Positions 1-12,765 of a DNA stretch of 64,000 nt are shown here, one piece after another (within the stretch, counting starts at the first letter, position 1; every line of letters begins with the position of its first letter). Source of the DNA: Octopus sinensis (taxonomy: Eukaryota); the NCBI RefSeq assembly GCF_006345805.1, contig NC_042997.1:35774001-35838000 (forward strand). Reading direction: 5' to 3'. A model generated the notes under the pieces. That model had not been told where the DNA came from, searched no databases, and worked only from the letters and a program-made list of their open reading frames with translations. Made by a program: the position numbers and the translations under genes.

Positions 1-495
1 CATTTACATATGAAAGCATTTTTCGTAATTCCATATATGATTACAATTATCACTGCGAAAAAATACAACAAAAACGAAATTATGTTTTCAGAATATTGTG
101 TTGAACTGTAATCATGAGATCGTGTAATTTCTCGAAGATACAGTGGCGTGCGTTTTATATTAACTTAATACTAGCTATAATAGATTCATGTCGTACAGTA
201 ATGCAAAGAATATTTATTTTGCATAGTCATCTCGTGCAGTTGATAAAGAAGACTTTTATGTAAATATGTCAATTTACAAACACACACACACACATACACA
301 CACACACAAGGACACATACACACACATGATTATATGTCGGTAGCCATCGCTTCTGATTTGGGTTGGCAGCGAGTTGTCACGCCTGTCTATGACATTTAGA
401 TGTCTTAACATCCAGCTTGTTTTGGGAGTCGGTCGCAAGCGAGAGCGGTGAACAAACAAGGCACATACAATGAGGATGTGAGATCGACAACATCA

Positions 496-543
<48 letters not shown>

Positions 544-667
544 TATATACGTGCGTGTGTGTGTCTGTGTGTGTATACAAATGTGTGTATATATATATAT
601 ATATATATTTTCAGAATGAGAAAAATAAACCAAGGCTGTGCAAATTTTAGAACATTTATAAATATGT

Positions 668-712
668 CTTACAGCTGTTTCCAGGATATTTATTATATCC
701 CTTCATGGGAGA
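668..712 (-). ncRNA. Degenerate minimal hammerhead motif
   Basis: Minus strand TCT-CCCATGA-AGGGATA(TAATAAA)TATCCTG-GAAA-CAGCTG-TA-AGA. Two core mismatches. Confidence 0.5.
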
Positions 713-1438
713 TGGTGTGAGAGAATGGTAACGCAATAGTAAATTTAGATAACATATGAAATAGAGTGTGAAGTAGAGGAATGAAAATAGATGTGAGATA
801 TGCATGTACATTGCATTTGTAGATCCATTATTTAGGCAGAATGGTATACATAGAAGATTCCAATACCTTCTGATTAAAATCCAATAGTATTTGAAATTGT
901 TCATTCTAAGTATAGTGTTTGTACAGTGCAATTTAATGAAGGGTTTTATTTAAAATGACCGGAAAGTAAGAAATGCATTTGTAAGGCCAAATCGAAAATA
1001 GGACGAGAGGAATAAAGAAAAGAGAAAAAAGAGTAGAAAGAAGAAAACAACCGGAGGAGAGGAATGAAGAAGGAGAAAAAAGGAAAACACGAAAAAACAA
1101 GCAAGGAAATATTGAGAGAAAATGTACCAGTCAGTGGTCAGTCAAGATAATTTCAAAGTAGGAATGGGGAGATAAGGATGATGGGGAGAGAAATGTATTA
1201 TAGTGTAAAAAGATAGGAGGATCGGGGGATGATAGAGAGAAAGTATAAAAAGTAAAGTAATGTCAGTTAATTAGTGATAGAGTCTAAGTGATGGGGCAAA
1301 GTGAGGGGTAATAGTATGGAATGAAGAACTTAGGAATATAGATTAGGTGGTTGGACAGGTCAGAGCTTAGTAAATACATACGTGAAAATACATACGTGAA
1401 GATGTATACATATGTATATATTAGACGTATATATATAT

Positions 1439-1598
1439 AGCAATAATAAATCTCTGAACGAGATGTAAACAGTAACCGCTCGACAAGGTAAGCTTCAGTA
1501 ACACCCACCCTTTGTGGTTAGCCATAGTGAGATGGCTGTTATACCTTACATTGTCGAGCGGTTACTGTTTACATCTCGTTCAGAGATTTATTATTGCT
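1439..1598. repeat. Perfect 48-bp inverted repeat with 64-nt spacer
   Basis: 1439-1486 is the exact reverse complement of 1551-1598; pairing extends 5 bp further after one mismatch. Confidence 0.95.
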
Positions 1599-1695
1599 TG
1601 CAGGCAGTTTTTCGAAATCAGTGACGGAAGTTACTAGAAAAACACTTAAGTATTTGCATACAAAGTCTTCCTTTTCATCGTAAACCGGTGATTAC

Positions 1696-1740
1696 CGCCC
1701 GTTGACGAGAGGCAACTAACTCGAAACTGCGGTCCGTGCG
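1696..1740 (+). ncRNA. Minimal type-I hammerhead ribozyme motif (near-consensus)
   Basis: CGCCCG-TTGACGA-GAG(GCAACTAA)CTC-GAAA-CTGCGG-TC-CGTGCG. Core with C3>U, stem II, GUC cleavage triplet, stem I 5/6 paired. Confidence 0.6.
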
Positions 1741-2489
1741 TATCACTTAGGCTTACATAAACAACTGGTACTCATATGTGTATGTACACATGCACACCCA
1801 TATATACGTGTATTTGTATGTATTATCACGCCTGTACACGCAGGTATATATATTTTGCATACATACATACGTTCATATATACACACATACATACATGCAC
1901 GCATACGTACATACATATACATGCACTTATGCATGCACGCATATACACCGAATATAATTAGATGGTTGTGATATTTGAGTATGAGTGAGGAATTAGATAG
2001 GGGTTAAGAGTTAATAAGGTTATTGGGATTACCTAAGGGGTATTGTGGATATATTATGTATAGTTGTTTAGGCATTTGGATTTGTGACACTTCACACTTC
2101 AGCAAAATCATTGCTTATACGACTTTTTGATATGTAGCAGTCAGTAAGTAAAGACGAAAAATGTATGCTCACGTTTACTGCAAAATATTTGTTGCATGAC
2201 TGTATTACATAACAATATTATTGCTTGCATTGTGGTTTCTGCAAAAAGTGATAAAACTGCTTTGAGAAATAGCACGATCTCATGATTGTAGTTGAACGTA
2301 GCATTGTTTTACATTATTTGTGTGTGTTGGAGATATCTACTGTAGTCACGTGTGTATTTACTGAGGATGCTCGGAAGTATTTCGACAAATGTAAGAAAAT
2401 GCCCATAGTCATACTCTGATTACCCAAAAAATATACAACGCACATACGATCGAAGAAGAAGACATACAATCTTAGATATCGAATTGCAT

Positions 2490-2498
2490 ACCTATATA

Positions 2499-2560
<62 letters not shown>

Positions 2561-2695
2561 TTATATGTAAGTATGTATACACACACATATATTTGTATAC
2601 ACATATTAATAATAGGAATATATATATATATATATAATCATATCCATATATATATATATATGCATGTATGTATATATATATATATATATATATGC

Positions 2696-2770
<75 letters not shown>

Positions 2771-2864
2771 ATACATGCATATATATTTACATACTTCCGT
2801 GGATGTAGGTGTTTTGTGGACGTGTGTGTAGGTATGTATACACGGAAATAATACTAGTAATAAA

Positions 2865-2935
<71 letters not shown>

Positions 2936-3045
2936 GGAGAAGAAGAAGAAGAAAGAAGAAGAAGAAGAAGAAGAAGAAGAAGAAGAAGAAGAAGAAGAAG
3001 AAGAAGAAGAGGAAAAAGAAGATGAAGAATACGAAGAAGAAGAAG
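2490..3045. repeat. Compound microsatellite (TA)n / (AAT)n / (GAA)n
   Basis: Direct reading. Confidence 0.95.
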
Positions 3046-3368
3046 TGAGGATAATATTTAAAACGCTTACACATCTCTTCCTCTCTACCAAAATATAATT
3101 AAGTGTAGACAGCCCCCCCCCCAAAAAAAAGAAAAACGCTGAAAACATACTCGTGCGTAAAACACAATATGCTGAAAAATGCACTTTCCATATAGACATT
3201 AATTGTTTTCATGTGTACTAAGGTAAGTCGACATGCTTAAAGTAAAATTTGCTTTTATATGCTTCTATTTTTCACAAAAGCCTACCTGTAAAATCTTTAA
3301 AAGTTACGAATGACAATTATATACATTTTAATATATACATATATAAATATATACACACACACACACAT

Positions 3369-3413
<45 letters not shown>

Positions 3414-3452
3414 CATGTATGTATGTGTGTGTGTATGCATGTATATATATAT

Positions 3453-3494
<42 letters not shown>

Positions 3495-4931
3495 TACACA
3501 TATGAATATATGTTATCAAACACACACACATATTCTTTCTCGTAAGTACGTAGTAGAGTGTAGTTTTAATTTTATACATCTTCAGATTTTACCCTGTGGT
3601 ATCCATTACTAGTAATATACGTATTTCCAGATTTGTGTACAGGTTTCTGTAGTGTATGAATACATAATTGAAAAAGTTGGAATCAACAACAATTATGGTT
3701 GTATATATACATACATATTAATATATATATATATATGAATGTGTATGGGTGTGTCATTTGTGTATGTCTTTTCAGAAATAAGAAGGAAATTAAGAAACAA
3801 AATGAAATGTTACAATACTGGCCAAAATGAGAAAAGCCCAGTTGGAAATATCGTCATATGTTCTGGTTAGATGAGTAAAATTAAAACCTGAGATTGAACA
3901 ATAATTTTATCGCGGCAGAAAACCAGAGCGTTCGAACTAAAACATATGAAAATCAACTAGGTTAGCAAAATATACTAATTACAGGATATATTTTGGAAAG
4001 AGACATTTGACGCATTGTATCTTGGTCCCTGCTCTTTCGAATAATGGTCTTTTATACAGACTTTACATAGGTGGATATTCAATATGTTGAGTCATGTCAG
4101 AATTATTAGAATATATGAATTAGAACCAAATATGAAACACTAAGCTCGTTTCGAAATCATGACGTTTCATAGTCCGTGCTCAGTCGTAGCCTCTATAAAA
4201 AGTGCTATAAGAAAACAGATCTACTCGACTCCAAAGACCGTGAGTGAAATGGGTGATGTATGTATTGTGTTTGTAATTAAGAAGGACCACCATCATGCAC
4301 TTTCATAGTTTCTATCCTAGACACATACGTAAAAAGTACAAGCGTCTATAGAAAACTCAACTTCATACAAACTGAGATGATCAAAATCTACACAGATACA
4401 TTTACATGACAGTATTATGAAATATCTACGGGAAAGGCATGATATATCAGGCATCAGAAACGAATTGTGAGTATGATAAAATGAGCATATTTTAGAAATT
4501 CCTAGTATGCTAATATATAAAATAAGATTAAGGAGGGAAACAAACGGAAGTAGTTCGTAATTCTAAAGAGAAATATCACGTTACCCCAAATATATATAAA
4601 AAAAACTGAGAAACAGTCGTAATATAGCTGAACATAAAAATATCCAGAATATAAGAATTGATACAAGAAGAAAAAAAATCCAACAATATTAGGTTGAATT
4701 ATTACACACTAAAAAGTAGACGAGCAAATACATAATCATAAACTTGACGTTGAAATATGCACAGAATAGGGAAGATGGTGTCCCAGTGGAATGTGTACAA
4801 AATACATTCTTTCTGAACAATAAAAATTACAAACTCAAAACATAACGTTGCCCATACCAAACATGGCACCTTTCCCCTAAGTATAGTAGGTAAAACACAT
4901 CAATATAATTCGTTACAGAAATAATAAATCA

Positions 4932-4975
<44 letters not shown>

Positions 4976-5999
4976 CACTACTACTACTAAAAACAAAACA
5001 ACAACAACAACAATAATAATAATAATATTAATAATAATAATAATAATAATAATATCGATGGCGAAGAATTTCGTAACAGTAATAATAATAATGAGCAGCT
5101 AAATCCATGTATGCAAACATTGTTAACTTTATTCAGCATCGTCATCGCCGTAAGCTGAAACCTTTATAAAAGAATTAAGTTGGTAATTGTTGAAGAAAGT
5201 GTGGAAGTTCTATTTAATGATAGGAGACAGGAGTGCTGAAGAAAATAAAAGGAAAAATACGGCAAAATTCGGTCTGTCTCTACTTGAAGAACTGAAACAT
5301 GCAACTGTTCGAGAAATTATAAGTTTTGTTTGGTATTAATTCATGTTGTGGGTCCATTTTCCTTAATTAAACGATTACTGTCTCAATTTAATTTAGAATT
5401 CCGAAAAACAAGGCGTCGCTATATTCTTATGCTAATTACTACTGTCTTCCATACAGTTCATCTGACATCTAACACGGCTATCATATAATTATAGCCATCT
5501 CAACTGTGATGGTAGAGTAATCACAGATTTGAACATTATAATTATGATAACCAGAATATTGCTTTCTTCTAAATTCAAGGCACGTTATTATGAGTTTTTA
5601 CTTGTCAATGTCGTATTATTGTTCAACTAAATTAATAAAATATAGTTAATAGACGATGCATCCATAGCTATAGCCTTTCCAAGTTGTAGCTAATTAAAAC
5701 TCAAGGAAGCAACGCTGAGACATGCGTCGAGTGTTTGGAAGTGATACGAAGATCAATTATCATTATTTTTTTATTCCCATATATGTTATGGAAAGTGATA
5801 TATGATACGGAAAGGAGTAAAGCAATCTAGATGCTTCTGTTTGAAAGATATTGAAACGCTGTTGAATGTATACATACAGTCATGCATATATATAGATATA
5901 TACAATCATACATACACACATATACACATCAACACACACACAAACACACACACAAACTCATATATACATTATGCTAGACTTCGAATAATTTGGTAAGGG

Positions 6000-7090
6000 G
6001 ACAATATCCCACAATGCAATTACAATAACTATGTTGATGCCAACATTCGGGATACTTGATTGATCTTTAGAAGAAATCCATACCATAGACGTTAAATCCC
6101 CAATACTGGAAATCTGTGATATAGACAGGTTCTACTTAAGAAGAGATAAAGGATATACAGATTTCACATCAGCGTTGACAGCCTTCGAATGTCTTAAAAT
6201 CTCACTAAGACAGCACTTGCTAAACGAAATCAGCAGAAATAATTGTTTAACTTCGAAGTGAAAAGTGAAAAGAGCACTCGCTTCCTGATGATTCCAAAAT
6301 AGCAGGACTAACATATATCAAAAGACCTTGAATGTCAAAAAGTAGACTTGTATGAGAAACGTTCAATATAACTAAAAACGTCATGCTTCTCAAAGTCTTA
6401 AAGACAATAATATTGATATGAAGCGAAGCCTCTTTTGGACTAGCTATCATTACTTCACATCTCACTTCGAAGACTACGCATTTCCAATCTAAAAATAGGA
6501 GATTTCTATTAAAAAACCAAAGAGATTGTGAGATTGAGAAACACTTGGAGTTTTAAAATGCAACTGAAAATGTAGGTTATGACATATTTCTATGAAAGAC
6601 ATCCCATGTTTGATTAGCAACAGCGCAAAATGTCATCAAGCTACTACCTTCCTAATCGACACGACGCAAGATCAATATACAATGACATCCGGAATAAAAA
6701 GACTGTCCTGGAATAAATATACAGAAATACTCTGTTATTGGCTACATAGATATACATCGTTACAAGGTATACAGGTGGAACATGCCCATCAAAACATCTG
6801 TCAAGGGTAAACGTAGCGGGGCAGATACTGTATGGAAAAGAATGTACCGTCATAAAGATGAGCAGTTCTGCTGATATGAAGATCTCTTTAATAATCAAAC
6901 AGAAAAAGGATAACTACGATAACTGCTTGGAGATGCCTAGGTTCCATATCCAGATAACAAATTTAAATTTATACCCATAATGATTTGTGCACTTGATTTT
7001 GAGACTGCGAACAGACAGTGCAGGTAAGATTGAATTTTCAGAAAACGAAATCAAACAGCTCACTTACTCATTACAACCTCTAAGCGCGAC
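6000..7090 (+). pseudogene. Highly decayed RT-like (RTE-type) LINE remnant
   Basis: GATTTCACATCAGCGTTGACAGC reads DFTSA(F)DS with one deletion. ENVGY and SSADMK..AW-like remnants follow in the expected order. Weak. Confidence 0.35.
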
Positions 7091-7741
7091 AGTTAAAATA
7101 TACACGTATGTATGGATTATGTATGCATGTATGTAAGTACGTACGTACATACGTGCATGCATGCATACATACATACATATATACATACAAACACACATAC
7201 GTGCGTGTGAGTGTGTATCATACATTTGATTCACAGAACAACGGGCAATTTCTGGCGAAATAAATAGATATCCTGGGAATTAATATCGTAAGAAGTCTCA
7301 ACAGTTAGATAAACTTTACGTAATTTTAACATATTAACATTCGCTGCATATACGTAATTATTTGTGATGGAATATTACTAATTTCTGTATTTTTTAATCG
7401 TCTTGAATTTTCCCACACAAAATGCATTGCAAATGCAATTTTTCCATTTCTTTTCTGTTATTTGCACACCATTCACAGTTTTAAATGTCAAGCTCATGCA
7501 AGATAGGAGTAAATATATCACTTTCAAAATTGGCAAGGCAATTTTAGGGCAGCGGCATATTTCTTGTTATATTATGTGTTTTAATATGAATAAAAAACGA
7601 TTACATACCTTTTGTGAAATTTTACACAGATTCATATTTGTTAATAGTTGGAAAGTTTCTTACCTGTATAAAAATAAATGTAAACATCATTTAGAATCAG
7701 CCATATGCATTTATATGTATGTATAAGTATACAAGGATTCG

Positions 7742-7788
<47 letters not shown>

Positions 7789-10573
7789 ATATTCGATCAC
7801 AGTCACACTATATTATATATTATTGCTGTTGCTCCTGTTGTTATGTGCTGGATGTTCGCCCATGTTTGATGGCTGCTTTTGGTAGGAAGAGGTTATTTCT
7901 TTTAATGTTTTAATACTTTAGAGATTTCATTAAATTACGGCCTCTGCTTCACTGCGTACAGAGACGACGCTATTTGTGGGGCTTCGAGTATCTCTCACTA
8001 AAAGCAAAAATATCAACTTATCGCAAATTATGCTCAAGATCATGACAATAACAAAAACCCCAACCGCTGAAATCTTTGAATTTCTTGAAAGAGAAATGAT
8101 CCACTTGAAGTGCTAATTATTCTCAGCTCAACTCAGGCATCAAAAGCTTATCTATGCAGTAGCTATAGAGGACAAACTGGAAACCTTTAGAAGAATGGCA
8201 TCAACAATGACGAAATACAATCAAAGCAAAACGAAGAATAGCAACAATTACAACGTACGTAACAAAAAAGCTGGAGACACAACAACAATGATAATATTTG
8301 AAGGAACAAGGATGTGTCAAACAAAGAATGTCACAGGGAAGGCGTCATTGGTACAGACACCATCACTAAAAATCCACCGCAAGCATAAAGGATATCAAGA
8401 ATAAAGGTAGTTGAAATATTGCTTTGCAATATGCTAGAATGTATATTTGATATTAAAAATAATGACGAATATGTGTAGAATATTAAATGGAAAGAAGATA
8501 ATGAAACACAAACAGTCATAGAAGATATCCTAACCTGCAATATCTGCCAAGGAGAAATTCGGATGAAAGGTTACATTTTCTACCGCATGGGCATAAACCG
8601 TAGTTCGGTCATAGACCCGGGCCGTTATATCATTACGCATGCCGTATCAGAAGACCATAAAAACTGGGTATTTTACCCTTATAAGATAGGAATTAAAAGT
8701 TAAGCTAAACGACCCGCTAACAATAAACACTGTCACATTTAATGCTAAGCAAATAATAGGTTTGGGAATACAACATTTTATGAAAAGACTTTGAAAGCAT
8801 CGAATGTGTTTTTGTATTTTTACCGAATAGAAAGTACATTTCGACCGCAAAACAGTAGAACTGTAGCTGTTAAAACAGTAGAACGGTCGCCGTTTGCTGG
8901 CAACTTTTTCCCGTGTTATAAGGCTAAAATATCGAATCTTGCTGCTGGCTAACCTCTATACTGCGTTTGAAATTTTTTTCATGTCTGTAAAATAGCAAAT
9001 ACATTTGCTGCTTCGAAAGTTTGTTTTTAATATACATATGTCTCTCATTTACTTTCTTTCTGTTCTGAAAAATCCCTGCACTCAGAATAGGTTAATTCTG
9101 CAATATATAGGTTTATCGGAACCACGAAAAAGAAGTGTATCTTTGTTTCGGACAAAATTTAGATGACCATCATTTACTGTAGAAGAGGCTAAGTTCATGA
9201 AATCGATGAAGTAATTCCTGTTCCCTTGTCATTCACAATATAATATAACGCTCTGTACTTTACTAATGTATCTTATAGCATATGTGAATTGAGTCCTAAA
9301 AACTATTTTTTAGAATAGCTATGCCTATGCAAAATCGTAATACACACACACTCATATACAAACAAATAAATGCACACTGATATACATATTAATATTCACA
9401 CACATATTATTATTCAGAGGGAGTGAGAGAGGAAGGATAGTAGAGATGCACATGAATGTACAAGTATCTGAATACACGTGCTGGCTTGCTTACGAGCTTA
9501 TTTACATGCATGTATGCATCATCAGTTTAGAAATTTTAGTCGAGTAAATAATTATATTTATTTATGTAAAAGGTAAGAAAGAAGAAAATAAAAGAATTTC
9601 TCCATTGCAGGTGCACCTAAAATTTTGTTTCATCTTTGCTTAGCAGTTTTAGATATATAACTTAGACTAACAATGCAGTAATTGCGACACTATTAAGTGC
9701 AACAGCAATATTTGCAAGAAGTATAATAATGAGGAAAGGAAGGTTATAGAGGGAAAATAAGACAACTGTACCGTTGATATCATCATTATAATGCAGAATG
9801 TTAACTGAAATAACCTATCAGAGCAAAACATATTAAAGGATTCTCCAGGAATACCAAAAAGTGTAATAAAGTATTACATATCAATGCAAATTTTGAATTA
9901 TATGAATATTGAAAATGGAAGAGAATAATCTATCTATCTAACTGTCTATCTATCCATATATCTATCTATTTGAATATTAATATAACTATGTGTGTATGTA
10001 TATGTGTGTACATCTACTGATGTATGAATGTATCCCCGCACATGCACAGCTACACACACGCACACACGCACACGCAATATATGTGTGTGTGTGTGTGTGT
10101 ATGCGTGTTTGTATGTATTATGCATGTGTTGATGTACACATACATACAAATATATATATATATATATTATATATATATATAGAAACAGAGTCACACTCGC
10201 AGAATGATGAAGGGCTTGTGAAACAGTTTGCATAGTTTCTGAAATTAATTGTTATTTTTGTGGAAGGAGAATCAGATTTTAGTGCAAGTCGGAAAAAGTC
10301 ATGAGTTCAGAAAAAAGAAATGACAGAAAGGCTGGTAGCTACGAGACGAGAGTAAAAAGAGTGGTGAACAAAAGGCATGTATGAGAGAGGTGTAATCTTA
10401 ATTAATATAATAAATTCGAAAGGTGACCAGTTAGATGAATCATTAACGCGAAAGCCAAGTCCTACCTTCTGAGTTCAAATATATAACGCGAAAGCCAAGT
10501 GCTACATTCTGACTTCAAATATATATATATATATATCCGTAAATGTAATATGTGAAAATTAGTCGGTAGCCAT

Positions 10574-10634
10574 GATGAAACTCCGAGTTTCGGATGCCGA
10601 GGTGGAAATCCACGCCGCCATCTCTTCAGTTATC
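10574..10634 (-). ncRNA. Hammerhead motif inside a small fold-back element
   Basis: Minus strand GATAA-CTGAAGA-GATG..CATC-C-GAAA-CTCGGAG-TT-TCATC. Confidence 0.55.
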
Positions 10635-11059
10635 TGGTCCTCGGAAAAAGTGAATAATTTCCACATATTACATTTACAGATAAATTCCTCTATTTACATA
10701 ATATCGAGATCTCTTTCATTCTTTTGTTGTTTTAGCATTCTTATCAATATATATATATATATATATATATATACGATGTGTATTTGCATGCGTGCGTGTG
10801 AGTAAAGCTTTTGTGTGTCTGTGTTGATAGGTATATAATATGTAGCATCGAATGTAATGAAATATATGCGGAGTATAATTCATCATATTGTCATAGCAAG
10901 TGGAATAGAGAAATGATGTTTTATGAATAAATAACATTTAGGATGGGAGACAGTTGCATGTAATATACTGAGAAACTAGTTATAAAGAGCCGCAGTAGGT
11001 AGAATGAACATATACTGGAAAATTTATATAAACTACGTAACTTGAATTACTAGTGCGTC

Positions 11060-11090
<31 letters not shown>

Positions 11091-11182
11091 GAGGGGGAGA
11101 GTAAAGAGACAATGTGAGGCACAAACAAAAATACATACATGCATAAATACATTCATACATACATACATACATACAGACAGAC

Positions 11183-11230
<48 letters not shown>

Positions 11231-12454
11231 GGACATTACGACCGGCTTGAATTCGCTGAACAAGTGCGTGCATAAAACTCATAGGAAAATCATATATACA
11301 AACATACATACATGCAAATATACATTCGTACATATACAAAAAGCTGTATATTTATTTGTATGAATGTGTTCGTGTGCCCGCGTGTGTGTGCGTCTATTAA
11401 TCAGTAACTAAGGGTTGTTTTTTTTTTTTGATGAATGGATAAAGAATTGAAAGAGATGTGGTATGAGGGAAGATATAAGAGTATGAGACAAATCGTAATA
11501 CATAAAACAGGGTGATCAAAAATAAGTGGTGTTAAATTATATCAGAGAGACAATGAGAGACAGAGACAGAAATAGAGTAATGAGAGAGAAGGAATGTGAC
11601 AAAGAAGGAATGAGAAAGAGCGAATGAGTGAGAGAGAGAGAGAGAGTATGTTGATGATAAAAAAATAGTTATAGTTCGAGAGAGACGAGAGAGATTTCAA
11701 ACAATTAAATACATCCACATTCAGAAATAGAAACTGAGAAGAAGCGATAAAAACAGAAACATATTCATGAGACAGAGATTGAGAGAAGATGAGATAGGCT
11801 GCAAGAATGCAGTGCTGAATGAGGTAGTTTAATTGACTACCTTACTCAGGATGAACTTGCAAAAGAGGAAGAGAGTTGTGGGACGTTGGAATTCTGTAAA
11901 GATTCAAGTGAAAAATAACGATTTAAATTGGGAAAACTGAAAAGAAAAGAAAATTATGAATTAAGGAGAAAAAATAAAATGAAACAGAAATCAACGGAAG
12001 ATATTAGAAGATGGAATGTAAGGAAGAAATAATGAAGTAGAGAGGTAATAGTTGATGAAAGCATGCGGTTAAGATGGTTTGAAGAAAGTGGACTATTGAA
12101 CAGGAATTCGTTTGAAGGAATATAGAAAGATGTTCAAATAATGGAGAAAATATATGAAAAATAAAATTAACAACATTACTTGAAGAAACAACAAATAATG
12201 AATGAAAGATATAAAAAAAAAATCAGCACATTTAACAAAAAAAAAATGCAAGAGATAAAAAAAATAAAACCAATGACATTGGGAGGAAAAGAAAGAACAA
12301 TATAAGGGTGGCTTTTATTTATGAAAACTAATAAACAATAACATAAAAATAAAACAAACCGGTAAGGGGAGAGCAAACATGAAATACTGAATGGCGTATT
12401 TGAATACAGGTTGGAAGAAAGGGGAAGAGAGATACAAAGAGAAAGATGAATGGT

Positions 12455-12623
12455 AATGATGAGGATGATGATGATGATGATGTGGTTGATGTTGATGTTG
12501 ATGATGTTGATGATGATGATGATGATGATGACGACGACAACAATGATAGCATGATGACGATGACGATGACAAGGTTGATGGCATGATGATGATTATATAA
12601 TGATGACGATGATGATGATGATG

Positions 12624-12699
<76 letters not shown>

Positions 12700-12765
12700 T
12701 GATAATGATAATAATAATAATAATAATAGCAGCAACATCAACATCTACTCAACAACAACAACAAT
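12455..12765. repeat. Compound (GAT)n / (AAT)n / (CAA)n microsatellite
   Basis: Direct reading. Confidence 0.95.

Noticed and set aside
2314-3612. Many YIYI, poly-I, poly-K and poly-S ORFs here and throughout the window
   Set aside because: These are stop-free frames of di- and trinucleotide repeats, not genes.
7950-8700. A-rich stretch that might be a decayed LINE coding region
   Set aside because: No diagnostic motif could be read.
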